DNA of 55,784 bases from Chiloscyllium plagiosum (lineage: Eukaryota), in assembly GCF_004010195.1 (NCBI RefSeq), contig NC_057719.1:31321304-31377087 (forward strand). Reading direction: 5' to 3'. Positions 1-11,225 of the stretch are shown here, piece after piece. Both the position numbers and the translations under genes were made by a program. A model generated the notes under the pieces. It was not told the DNA's origin. It made no database searches and saw nothing but the letters and a program-made list of their open reading frames with translations. Every line of letters begins with the position of its first letter. Positions within the stretch are counted from its first letter, which is position 1.

Positions 1-1240
1 GGTAACCCCCTTCCCCCCCCCCCCCCCCCCCCACCAACATTAACCAAACCCCCCCAGTGTGTGTGTGTGTGTATATATGTATATGTATATATATCCCTCA
101 TATATACCTAAAATAATAAAAGAATACAACCCCGGGGGGGTGAGTATATCAAATCCCTCTCCCCACCCCCCATGATAATATTAAACAGTAAGGTAAGAGA
201 AAAAAAAGGGGGGGATATAAACCAAAGTGGGGGGAAAGGCAAACCAACATCCATTATGTCTTACAGTTTATCTAAGAGAGTCCAAGAATTCCTTAGCCTT
301 TTCTGGCGATCCGAAGTTATATACGGATCCTTCATGGTTAAAGCGTAACGTCGCTGGGTAGCGTAAGGAGTACTGAATATTTAAGTCCCTTAAACGCTTC
401 TTCGCCTCATCGAATGCCTTCCTCTTTCGAACCAGAGCCGGGGAAAAGTCCTGGAATAACATGATCTTGGATCCTTTTATAGATCATAGCTTGGGGGGAA
501 GTATCTGCCTCTCCTTGTAGCTCTGCAGCGGAACAGGACCAGGCATGGGCTCTGGTTCGAGCCGGGCCCGCGTATTGCGACCCGGTAGGCCCATTCTACC
601 CTTACCTGGCCTGATCCAGCCTCCAGATTTAAAAGCTGTGGCAGCCACTGCTGGAGGAATGCTGTAAGCTGGCCTTCCTCTTCCCGTTCGGGAAAGCCCA
701 GCAAACGAATATTTTTTTCGGCGACCTCGATTATTGAGGTCGTCAATGTAATTCTCTAAGGTGTTCGAGAGTCTGGACCCAATCCACGGCCGATTGAGCT
801 GTAGTTTCGGAGGTCGCGGCCTTTAACTCCGCCCCTCCGACTCCGCGCTCGATTTCTTTAATGTATCAGTCGTGCTTCTGCAGCGCGGCCGAGAGTGAGT
901 CCCAGCGATTTCGGGACTCCTCGATAAAAGCGTCGATCTTCGTATCCAGCTTGGAGATCATCTCCACAAGGCTTGTTACTGTAGGTAAGTCCCCCGGGGC
1001 GGCTGTGGACACCTCTGCTGCAGCTGGAGAGGGTGGGGGAGGGGGTCCTGCTTGTTGAGAGCTGCGGGCTCCCTCCCCTTTAGTCATTTTAACTAAAGAT
1101 TAGATTGTTTAAGTTTAAAATTAAACAACTATTATAAATGATTTGGTGAGTGTGGTGGGGGTGGGTGACCCACTCTACCCAAGTCTTGGGAGGAGCACTG
1201 TAGACTCAGACTTGCTGGGACGCGCCGTCTTGGATCCCCT
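1..1240 (-). mobile_element. L1-clade LINE, 5' portion (5'UTR, frameshifted ORF1, inter-ORF spacer); continues off the left edge
   Basis: Three minus-strand ORF pieces (866-1087, 477-746, 268-462) read as L1 ORF1p (…KNIRLLGFPEREE…, …FQDFSPALVRKRKAF…YSLRYPATL). The 5' end reads GGGGATCCAAGACGGCG near 1240, resembling the L1 start with a YY1-like motif. Bases 1-267 are a low-complexity spacer. Confidence 0.85.
268..1087 (-). pseudogene. L1 ORF1p (RNA-binding chaperone, Transposase_22-like), disrupted by frameshifts
   Basis: ORF1 homology is split across three reading frames. Confidence 0.8.
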
Positions 1241-3294
1241 CGCGTGTTCTTAATTAGACAGATAACAGTGAAAGGCAATAATTCGTAAGGAAGAAAAGTT
1301 AATTGACAGGTCTGTGTACGCTTAAATAATCACTCCTGCAGGCCCTAAGTCATTCATCAGGTGGGGAAAAACATACCCAGCTGAGTTAGACACCTGCTAG
1401 CAAGATAAACTCCTATCATAAAGAGGCACCAGTCTGAGCTAATTGGAGAGTTCATAAGGTAAACTTGCACAGCTCAGGTGTCTGATACTATTGTTTTACA
1501 AAATGGTCTCTTAGCAAGGAGGGCAAACTTTTCATCATAAAATGGCTTCCTGACACATATGCCAGAGTCTCTTCAGTGTTAGGCTTAGAATAATTTCTAA
1601 GCTAGGACCACACTCTTGCTCTTTAAACACTGAATCATTCTGTACCTGAGACTGAGATGTTACCATAAGGTTGTATTTAAACTGATTCATTAGTCTTTGA
1701 ATTAAATATGCTTTCTTTTCAGGGTTGTGATTCAAATTCAAATAAGACATAAGATTTGATTAGTTAGAATTGAGTGGGGCAGTCTGTCAGGTCTGTAGAG
1801 TGGGATGCAAGAACAGCAAGAAAGTTAAAGCTTCATCAATAGTACCTTCAGAGTTTGTACTTAATAACATGTAGTGGCTACTCGATATTATCATAAAATC
1901 CCAAAATGCCATTAAATTCAATCCACAGCAGGTAAGCACTGAGTTAATTTTCTACTGGCTCCAACAGCCTTAGCACTAAAATAATCTCTGTCTAGTGTCC
2001 TTTTGAGCTCTCAAGCCAGGGTCTTGTAACGGCAAAGTTTTTTTTGTCTGCCCCGCTTGCAAGAGTTAATAAGAATCCATTATAACTGACAGGATCTGAC
2101 CATTAATTACAAAGCTTTTGATAGTACGGAGTTTCATTTCAGGGTCATTCACTGATGCTAAGGCAAATGTTCTTAATTTTCTTGGTGAGCCCAGATGTCC
2201 TTGTCTTCTGTATTCCTTGAATTCCCCTTCTCTTCTTTCCCCCCACACCTCCCCTTCTGAGCCTTCCTACCTGACTATTTTCTAGTGCAGTAAATGTGTT
2301 CTATAATTCAGCATTCTGTTTTAGTCTAAATGTTTAAAGACAAGTTTTTAATGCTATGGACTTTCTCACTGTGGCATATCTAATAATTGAGGCAATGTGG
2401 AAGGCATATAGAGTTTGGTCTGCACATTTGTGTAAGTGCACTTCAAGGTGACCGATTTTTATAACTTGTATATTGATGGGCGACAACACGGCTGATTAGT
2501 GATGGGAAGCACTGTATTAAAGTTACTTATGACTTTGACTAGCAATTAAACTGGATGTTAATTAATACTTCATGCATTGGACAATGCAATTACTGCATTT
2601 TTAAAATGTTACTATGCTGTCCTGTCACATCTGGGAGTTGAAGCTAGATTCTAATGCTGGAAAATTTTAGACACTGAATTGTCGGAAATAAGTTGGTGTC
2701 AACCCTGGTGACATTGTAGTGAGTGTCGGACAAGTGGAGCAGATGGATAGTTGTCGTTAATGGAATGATCCTCATTTGACAGCATCTTAGAAAGGGTTTG
2801 CTTAATTGATGTTGAAGCACTGGAAGCTAAATGATACAAAGTTGGTTCATGTCCTATTCTTAAAATATTGCCACTGATTCTGTCCCAAAAATAGCATTTG
2901 TTTAAACATTTGTCGGATCCATTATTGATACACTTTGGGCCTTTCCGTACACTTTTTGTGGCTTTAGGAATTAATTGCCTTCCAACTTAAGTCATGTTCG
3001 GGCTTCATACAAAGCTGTTAAAGAGGATTTAATATAGCACAGTATGGGACCTTGAAGTTGTGCTGACCTTTTATCCTACTCCTTAAGATCAAACTAACCT
3101 ACGTACCCTTCACTTTACTATCCTCCATGTGCCTATCCAAGAATCGCTTAAATGACTCGAATGTATCTGACCTCTCTCCTAAAACGTCTTCTAATCACCT
3201 TTAAATTTGGAAGGATTAAAAAGAGCAAATGTTATCAAAAGATTAAATTCAACGGAACATTTCTGGAATCAATTAACTACTTATGTTTGAGTAG

Positions 3295-3425
3295 TAGGAA
3301 GTGAGGACTGCAGATGCTGGAGATCAAAGTTTGGCACTGGAAAAGCACAGCAGGTCAGGTAGCATCCGAGGAGTAGGAGTGTCGACTTGTTGGGCACAAG
3401 CCCTTCATCCGGAATCATCATTCCT
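3295..3425 (-). mobile_element. Penelope-like terminal repeat fragment (family A) with degenerate hammerhead core
   Basis: Reverse complement of the family A repeat at 35560-35694; core decayed to CGGATGA…CAACAA. Confidence 0.7.
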
Positions 3426-4083
3426 GCAGATTTTATACACCTGAAGGATATATTGGGTGTCTACCAATGTCACCACTGAAGTAATTTCTACAAATTCTGT
3501 TGCTTGGAGATGACTTCACATTTGGATACAGTAAATGTAGGAGTGATTTGTTTCTGTTCATTTGGTCGTGTTAGTGTGCTCTTCTGGCTCTGTCTAGCTG
3601 TCTTTATTTTTTTTTTAATTGCTGTTGTCAATGCTGGTAGTTCCTCAGTTATAATTATGCAGTTGGGTGTTGTGCGATTAGCTATATTGTACCCAGATTT
3701 GTAGTAATAAAGTCTGTAATGTACTGATAACGGATGGTTTAAGGTTCCCTATTACACTGTTTATATGAAGTGGCTTTATGGTCAGAAAGCCCCTACATTT
3801 ACTAGTAGGATTAAATTAACACTGTATGCTAGAGCTGGTAAGAAAGAGGGTGAATTGTGCAGACTTGATACAATAATATAACTGTGATATTTTGTGATTG
3901 GTTTCGAATACTTTAATAGCTCACTCCAAATTTGAAGTCATATTTAACTCCATGGATAGTAGTCCAAAGCATCCTGTTCTCCTCTGTATCTCTGAATTTT
4001 AAAATGCTGTTTATTATGTATATTCATCCTTCTACAATGTTTTGCTTGCCCCAAGAATGTCATTAATATTTCTTTAAATTCAG

Positions 4084-4228
4084 GCCCATGTTGAATCCTT
4101 AGAAGGGGTCTCTGCTGTTGACCAAGTGATCCTCTTGGCTGGCACTCCCTTAGATGATGATGCTATCATCGGCCAATGTGGTATCAATGAGCACTGCACA
4201 CTTGAAGTAATTGCTCGATTATTGGGTG
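4084..4228 (+). CDS. FAU: FAU exon (FUBI ubiquitin-like domain, C-terminal part)
   Basis: cag|GCC…GGTG|gt, 145 nt; translates [48 protein letters not shown], matching FUBI. Confidence 0.95.
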
Positions 4229-4721
4229 GTATGTATTATAGTTCTTGAATTTCCCTAATTACTATGTTAAAAATGTAGCGTGTTTACATTTATTGGCAGC
4301 AGTCATTCAGTTGACCTGACTGGTCCAACTTGATGTTACGCTGCAAACAATAGTCTAACAGCATAGCCAACTATTTTTTTTCTCCATGTAATTGTGAAGA
4401 ATTTCCCTTGAAATGCATTTTGTAGAGGTAATATTCACTTCAGTTGATTAGACTGAAGAATCATTTGCCATATAGCCAGACTATTGTGACCAAAATTAAA
4501 CTCAAACTCATTATTCTCTCTACACTGATGTCACTTTCAATTGCCCACCTTCATTTTGTTGCAGATCATGGAACAGTTGAGAAATTTGACTTTGGAATGT
4601 ACAATTAATGTCATTAGACTTTTTTTCTGACCACCTCTAAGATGATGTACTTTTTTGCTTAGAACACAGCTTTGCCACTGCCAACGGTGCAGCTTCTCTA
4701 TCTGAATTAAGCATGGTATTA

Positions 4722-4826
4722 GTTTCTCATCAACCTGGTCAGAGATATTAGACACCCATGGAGCAGGTAGTACATAAACACGTGCTTCCTGGTTGAGAGA
4801 CACCAACCACTGTGCCACAAGAGCTC
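4722..4826 (-). mobile_element. Short tRNA-derived SINE (same family as 9353-9468)
   Basis: Reverse strand GGAGCTCTTGTGGCACAGTGG…CTACCTGCTCC…ATCTCTGA aligns with 9353-9468. Confidence 0.55.
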
Positions 4827-5071
4827 CAAGCATGGAATTTATACTTCGGCAGTGAATCAACTCAAGTGAACAAGCTGTTATTGGTATTGTCCATAATTGC
4901 CAACTTCCCTACAGTAACTGCCAGTAACCAGTTTGTACACCAGCTTTCAGGTAATCCAGGAGCTGTCGCAAGCTTTTGACTTGGGATTTATCATCACTAG
5001 AATATATATTGGCAAAGCTCTGTAGGAAAATGTCTGTGTTGAAATATACTAGCAACATCTCTTCTTTTTAG

Positions 5072-5127
5072 GCAAGGTCCATGGATCCCTTGCTCGAGCT
5101 GGAAAAGTGAAAGGTCAGACTCCCAAG
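5072..5127 (+). CDS. FAU: FAU exon (GG|KVHG cleavage junction, start of RPS30/eS30)
   Basis: ttttag|GC…AAG|gtaag, 56 nt; (G)[18 protein letters not shown]. Confidence 0.97.
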
Positions 5128-5888
5128 GTAAGCTTGACCTGCGACAAAAGTATCTTGAAGGTTTTGCTATAGTTTTGTCTATCCAAATGTGTACCTAAAT
5201 CATATTCAATATCATTGCTAGCAAGGTTGGCAATCAGGTGTTGTGAATTACCTTGCCTCCCCAGCCCTATAGTACATTAATTTTCCTTACCCAAGTCATT
5301 AATATATTGTAGATATGTGGGTCAAGCACTAATCCCCACACCACATCAGTAGAAAGGGGTTGCCAGTCTGAAAATGTGCCCTTATCTCAACCATCTGTCT
5401 TCTATTACTTAGCCAATCCTGGATCCATGCTATTAATCTTATACTAAATTCTTTAAGATTTTACAATTTCTCAGGCATGATTTCCACTTCATGAAGTCGT
5501 GCTGACCCTGATTTTAAGCATTTCTAAATGCTCTAATATGTTTTTATAATATTTGTTTCCCAATAACAAAAGTTAATCTAACTGGACTTTAGTTACCTGT
5601 AGTTTCTCTTTTCCTTTAGTGAAATGTTTTTCAGTCCCCTGGGACTTTCATAATGGTAATAATCTTCCAGGAATCCTCAATGTTTCCACTCTGTGTAGCT
5701 GTTTCCTTCAATATCAGTCTCTAATTTCCCTATCATGTTTTTGCTACATTTTGACTTTGGTTGTATTTTATTTCCTGCTCTTTTACATCTTTACCTCTGC
5801 ATCCTTTTTATTTGAAAAGGGGCAATATCTTCCATCCTACATTTTACACTAATATCTTAAATTTTCACTGATTTATTCTTTTGCATAG

Positions 5889-6014
<126 letters not shown>

Positions 6015-6044
6015 AATGTTTTTCAGCAGAACCTGAATTGATTC

Positions 6045-6050
6045 AATAAA
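6045..6050 (+). terminator. FAU: FAU polyadenylation signal AATAAA
   Basis: AATAAA 30 nt after the stop; short 3'UTR typical of ribosomal protein mRNAs. Confidence 0.8.
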
Positions 6051-7163
6051 TTGATATTTATGCCTCATTACCTCAGACTGGCTAACTTGACTGGAATTGT
6101 TTCAAATGAAGCAACTGGTTTGTATCGTATTCCAATCCTGTAGTAATTTTAAAAACTTTTCAGCAACTTTGACAATTGTCTTATACTGTAGAACAGATTA
6201 ACTGTATACTTCACTAAAATATACAAGTATTCCACCCAATTACAACACTTGTTAATGTACTTTCAAGATTTTCTTCTTTGTATTCTACACATTAAGTCTA
6301 GATTCACGTTCCAATTGCACTATCTACTGGATTCTATATTGTGTGCAAAATTATGCTGAGTGCAATTTCAGTGTTATTGGTAACTATATCTTTGAACTAA
6401 GTTTAAATGAGTTACCTCACTGAAGTGGTACAAAGTCATAAGTAGTGATAACAAATGAGTAATTAACATGCTTCACAGATGGAGTAAAAATATTTTTGAT
6501 AAATCTTTCATAACATACAACATATGCAAAAAGCATTTATCAAACTCTTTCGAGCAAAGATTTGGAATTGAGAATAAACTTTCAATATTTCTAGTTTCTT
6601 TTTAATAGTGTCACATTTAAAGAATCTGAACTGTCCTAATCCCAGCTTGTCTTCAATCATGATCTGAACTCGACCATTTGATGTTTTCAGTACAAATCAT
6701 CGACATGCCACATGCAGAATTTGTTTCTGCCCACGTTTCTCCTGATCCACAAACTCATCTGTTGCTAACTCAAGTAGAAAATAATTCATACTGCTTGGCT
6801 GTCACTAGACGTTAAAGCAGAAGTTGGTACCCTGGTGAGTGCCTACACTTCCAGCAACTTATGAAACCACCTCAAGTGATGTACAAAAGACTAGTAGGCC
6901 TTTAGTATTGTACATGCTAAGTGTAATTCAGTTTCACACCAGCATTTAGAAGTATATTTCATGAACTTACAACTTCCAGTGGTTTCAAAACATTTTATTT
7001 TTGTTTGCAATGTGAACAATTCTCAATACAAGCAAAGCCAGTTCTGAAATGCAAGACTTAATGAAATCAGCAAAAAAAAACCTGCCTTGTGTGTAATTAT
7101 GTTCAACACTCAATTCAATAAAGTTCTATACAAATGCACAATTTTGTTCATAAGCTGCATATT

Positions 7164-7169
7164 TTTATT
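7164..7169 (-). terminator. FKBP3: Candidate FKBP3 polyadenylation signal AATAAA
   Basis: TTTATT on + about 90 nt past the FKBP3 stop; another candidate near 6994. Confidence 0.5.
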
Positions 7170-7256
7170 TAACAAGATTAAGAACAAACTTCCAATAAAA
7201 CATTGGCCAATTCAAAGGCAGTATTTTAAAGCATAGCTCAAGATGTTGCATTCAAA

Positions 7257-7311
7257 TTACTCAATATCCACAAGCTCAACTTCAAATATTAGTTTAGCGT
7301 TTGGTGGAATT
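7257..7311 (-). CDS. FKBP3: FKBP3 exon 7 (last)
   Basis: cag|A ATT CCA CCA…GAG TAA; (K)IPPNAKLIFEVELVDIE*. Confidence 0.95.
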
Positions 7312-8145
7312 CTGATTTTATAGTTAAAGAAAGTTTCATTATGTACCCAAGTTCAAAGTCAGAAACTACCCTTCAGTCCAACTTGTCCATGCCAACCAGA
7401 TATGGCCCATATACCCATCTAAATGCCTTTTAAATGGTGTCATTGTACCAGCCTGCAGACTTCCTCTGGAGCTCATTCCATATGTACACCACCCCCTATG
7501 TGAAAAAGTTGTCCCTTAGGTCCCTTTTAAATGTTTCTCCTCTCACTTTAATCCAATGCAAAAATTTGGACTCTTGCACCCAGGGGAAAAGACCTTGTCT
7601 ATTTACCCTACCCATGCTCATGATTTTATAAGCCTCTTCTAAAGGTCACTCCAACACACTCCAGGGAAAATAACCCCAGTATATTCGGCCTCTTTCCCCA
7701 TAGCTCCAAACTCTCCAACCCTGGCAACATCCTTTAACTCTTTTCTGAATGCTTTCAAGTTTCACAACATCCTTCCTATAGCAGGGAGACCAGAGTTGCA
7801 TGCAGTATTCAGTGGCCTAACCAATGTCTTATATAGTTGCTGCATGACCTCCCAACTCCTATATGCAATGCACCGACCAATAAAGGCAAGCATACCAAAC
7901 ACCTCTGATGAATAAGCTGGTATTGGAAATTTATTAAAGTTGTTCATCTTTTAGTTCCCATAATGTATTCATACCTATGTACTCTCCATAATATATAGTC
8001 TCCAAATGTTATCTTTATAAGGACTAAACAATTTTTCTCAATTTCACTGCTGATTAATTTTGCTAATGCAATTTGGTAAGTTTAGCTGAGCTCTCTACAT
8101 TTTTTACAGAAAAACTATTTTCAACAAGCTATAATAAAAGGATAC
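7312..8145 (-). other. FKBP3: U12-type (minor spliceosome) GT-AG intron, FKBP3 intron 6
   Basis: Donor GTATCCTTTT (8145-8136); branch site TTTCTTTAAC (7332-7323) about 10 nt from the AG; no polypyrimidine tract. Confidence 0.9.
7366..7905 (-). mobile_element. CR1-type LINE 3' fragment
   Basis: Translates to CR1 ORF2 C-terminus (…LYKTLVRPL…) plus 3'UTR like 18200-18560. Confidence 0.8.
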
Positions 8146-8243
8146 TTGGCTTCTGGCTTCCCTTTCTTACCATATCCCCAGTCAGATTCAATCTGTAACC
8201 GGGCCTTTTCCCCTTTACTCATAGTCAAGAGTGCTTCATCCCA
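8146..8243 (-). CDS. FKBP3: FKBP3 exon 6
   Basis: 98 nt; WDEALLTMSKGEKARLQIESDWGYGKKGKPEA(K). Confidence 0.96.
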
Positions 8244-8683
8244 CTATAAAAAAAAAGGATTGAATGATAAATTCAAGTCAGTCAACAAAAAAAATTAGTC
8301 ATTAAAAACAAACTTTCCAAATCTTCAATGGCCTGAATTGGTGAACATTATTATCCAAATAAACCATTAAGGTTTCATAATAGAACTGATCTTTACTGAG
8401 TTGATTGATTTCAAATGCAGTTAGCTTGATTCACGTGGTCTTATTGGCCTTGAAGAAAGGAAATTACAATGAAGGTTCCAGTTCCTCATTGCATTTGATG
8501 TAAAATATGTGTTTGGCTATTATTACAGGATCCACAGATTTGAAATGTCCTTACAAAAAATGAAGAATGGTCACTTTGTGGAGGTCTATCAGTGCTAGTT
8601 GAGAACTCGAGAAGCAAATACCAATTTAAATGCAATGTTAATAAAGATAAATGTACACATTGCTATAAAAACTGCATTCTTAC

Positions 8684-8751
8684 CCCTCGAATAACTTTTC
8701 CAATTCCTACTTTGAAGTTCAGAGGTTTTGTTGCCTTCTTCTTTTTGGAAC
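8684..8751 (-). CDS. FKBP3: FKBP3 exon 5
   Basis: 68 nt; (S)SKKKKATKPLNFKVGIGKVIRG, includes the FKBP25 basic loop. Confidence 0.96.
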
Positions 8752-9352
8752 CTATAGAAAGAAATTCCATTAATCATTTAAGAGTGAATTATCTTAAAGA
8801 TCATTTACTTTTCTTAATTTATTAGGCATTCTCTGCAACATATGAAGCAAGGTCTTTCTTTCCAACTTAATCAAGACAAAAAGACCAGTTATTTATAAAC
8901 AACATTGGAACTACACCTAAGCTCAAATCACTACTTTCAGCAGAAATGTGGAAGAAGCAAGCTTTCAAAACATGTTTATTTAAATTAAAAATCATCAGTA
9001 ATATCCTGGGGGCAATAAACAAAATGAAACTGTGTTTTAGTCATAGAATTACATTTGTTACAGAAGGAACTAATTCAGCCCTCTGCCTTTCTAAGCAGCA
9101 ATCCAGTTAGTCCAACTCTCCAGCTCAATGTCATCCCCGCAAGTTTACTCCCATCAAGTTTTCTTCTGAAATGATTGACCACAAGGCTGGTAGATTCAGA
9201 AACAATGAGCTCCAAATCATAACCATTTGCTGCTTAAAAATGTTCCTCTTCATGTTCTCTTTCCCCAAAATCTTCAACCTGTGTGTTTTCTAGACTTTGC
9301 ATCATCTGCTAATGAGTTTTTTTTGCCCCGGTCTATCTTATAAAAGCTTCAG

Positions 9353-9468
9353 GGTCTCTTGTAGTATGACAGTAGCGCCCCTACCTCTGAGCTAGAAGGC
9401 TGGGTTCAAGCCCTACCTGCTTCAGAGGTCTGTGATAACATCTCTGAATAGAATGTTTAAAAAAAATC
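9353..9468 (+). mobile_element. Short (~116 bp) tRNA-derived SINE with A tail and TSD
   Basis: B box GGTTCAAGCC; A-rich end; flanked by TATAAAAGCT(T/G)CAG at 9339-9352 and 9469-9482. Confidence 0.7.
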
Positions 9469-9965
9469 TATAAAAGCTGCAGTAACCAAACCTTTAAAAA
9501 GGTTCAACACAACTTCCCTCCTCTGTACTCAATGCCTCTATGAAGCCCAAGGCCCCATATGTTTTGCCAACTGCTCACTCTAAAGATCCTTAAGTTGCTG
9601 CCCTCTTAGAAATCAAAATCCAACTAACTGTATCAAATACAATTCAAAACAACAAACTCCAAGGTTAAAACTAAATTCACCAAGTTAACAGAATGTGCCA
9701 TGAATTCTTAGTGTAATTTGTGCCATCAGTGAAAGACTAAATACTTGGTGCAACAATAAAAAAAGAAAATCAAATGCACTGCTCTCAAGTTTCCAATGTA
9801 TTCAGGAAATGTATCCAGAGAAGTTATAGAGACCATTCTAAAATATGTCTAAAATTCTAAAATGCAAAAAGTATTTAACATGTTTAAAAACAGTATCCTA
9901 TATGAATGTATCTCCCAAAAAAATAAGAATGTGCAATGTCAGTCACTACACACATTTTCTTGTTT

Positions 9966-10455
9966 TCACCCAATCTAGTCCCACTTGCCACCACCCAGTC
10001 CATATCCTTCCAAACCCTTCCTATTCATATACCCATCCAGATGCCTTTTAAATGTTGCAATCGTACTAGTCTCCACGACCTCTGGCAGCTCATTCCATAC
10101 ATGCATCACCCTCTGTGTGAAAAAGTTACCCCTTAGGTTTCTTTTATATCTTTCCCCTCTCAACCTAAACCTATGCCCTCTAGTTCTGGGCTCCCCCATC
10201 CCAGGGAACAGACTTTGTCTATTTACCCTATCATACCCCTTATGATTTTATAGACCTCTATAAGGTCACCTCTCAGCCTCTGACGCTCCAGGGAAAACAG
10301 CCCCAGTCTCTTCAATCTGTCCCTATAGCTCATATCCTCCAACATTCTTGTAAATCTTTTCTGAACCCTTTAAAGTTTCATAATCTGGTCGGCATGGACG
10401 GGTTGGATCGAAGGGTCTGTTTTCGTGCTGTATGTCTCTGACTCAATGATTATGA
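9966..10455. mobile_element. CR1 3' end with internal inversion (body on -, terminal ~70 nt on +)
   Basis: 9966-10382 is the reverse complement of CR1 ORF2 end/3'UTR; 10383-10455 is the following CR1 terminus in forward orientation. Confidence 0.75.
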
Positions 10456-10825
10456 CAGCTCTTTAAGAAAAAATGTAAAAGGTTTGTTATTTCTTTAAAG
10501 GTTGAGGAAGAAGTTGAAAGCATTCTGTTTTGTAAAAATAAAAAGGACAGATAATAGAACTACACTTGAAACTACTATAAGAGGTTTCATGTTTACAATA
10601 TTTTCACCATCATAACATCTTATAACCTTTCTCCATTACACAAAATCTGATTAAAAGGTTCTACAGTAAGATCTAAGGTTCAAGTTGAGTTCACAGTCTG
10701 GTTTATCTGCATTTGTAATTAAATAATGTGACAAATTCACTGAATTACAAAGAGAAAAACACAAGATTATATTTTAAATGGAAGGATATAGATAAGTTTG
10801 GAAGAATAGGCAACATCATACCACA

Positions 10826-11009
10826 GTCTAGATTAGAATGGTGCTGGAACAGCACAGCAGGTCAGGCAGCATCTGAGGAGCAGGAAAATCAATGTTGCCC
10901 GAAATGTCGATTTTCCTGCTCCTCTGATGCTGCCTGACCAGCTGTGCTTTTCCGGCACCACTCTAATCTAGACTCTGATTTCCAACATCTGCAGTCCTCA
11001 CTTTTGCCT
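10826..11009 (+). mobile_element. Penelope-like fold-back mini-element (family A) with TSD
   Basis: ~70 bp inverted arms plus ~35 bp tail; flanked by AACATCATA(C/T)CACA at 10812-10825 and 11010-11023. Confidence 0.8.
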
Positions 11010-11089
11010 AACATCATATCACAAACTTGCTCAGAGCCCGAATTATTTATTCTAATTTATAAAACACTGCTACTGTATCAGATTCTTAC

Positions 11090-11225
11090 TAGAAGCAATA
11101 TTTGTGTCAAAAACAGTCCCATCTTCTAACGATCCTGTGTACCAGCAGTGGACAGTGTCACCCTTCTTGGGAAAGTTGGTTTTATCTCCTTTCTGCAAAA
11201 TGGATTTGGTATATTTTGGTGGTTC
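11090..11225 (-). CDS. FKBP3: FKBP3 exon 4 (start of FKBP PPIase domain)
   Basis: 136 nt; EPPKYTKSILQKGDKTNFPKKGDTVHCWYTGSLEDGTVFDTNIAS. Confidence 0.97.

Noticed and set aside
2324..2437. Possible FAU exon 2 or poison exon (ttttag…gtaagt)
   Set aside because: Does not encode the FUBI N-terminus and has an early stop; splice-like motifs alone are insufficient
5473..5512. Hairpin with ATGA…TGA resembling a SECIS or C/D snoRNA
   Set aside because: Intronic, lacks the apical AA motif, and is too short with no proper C box
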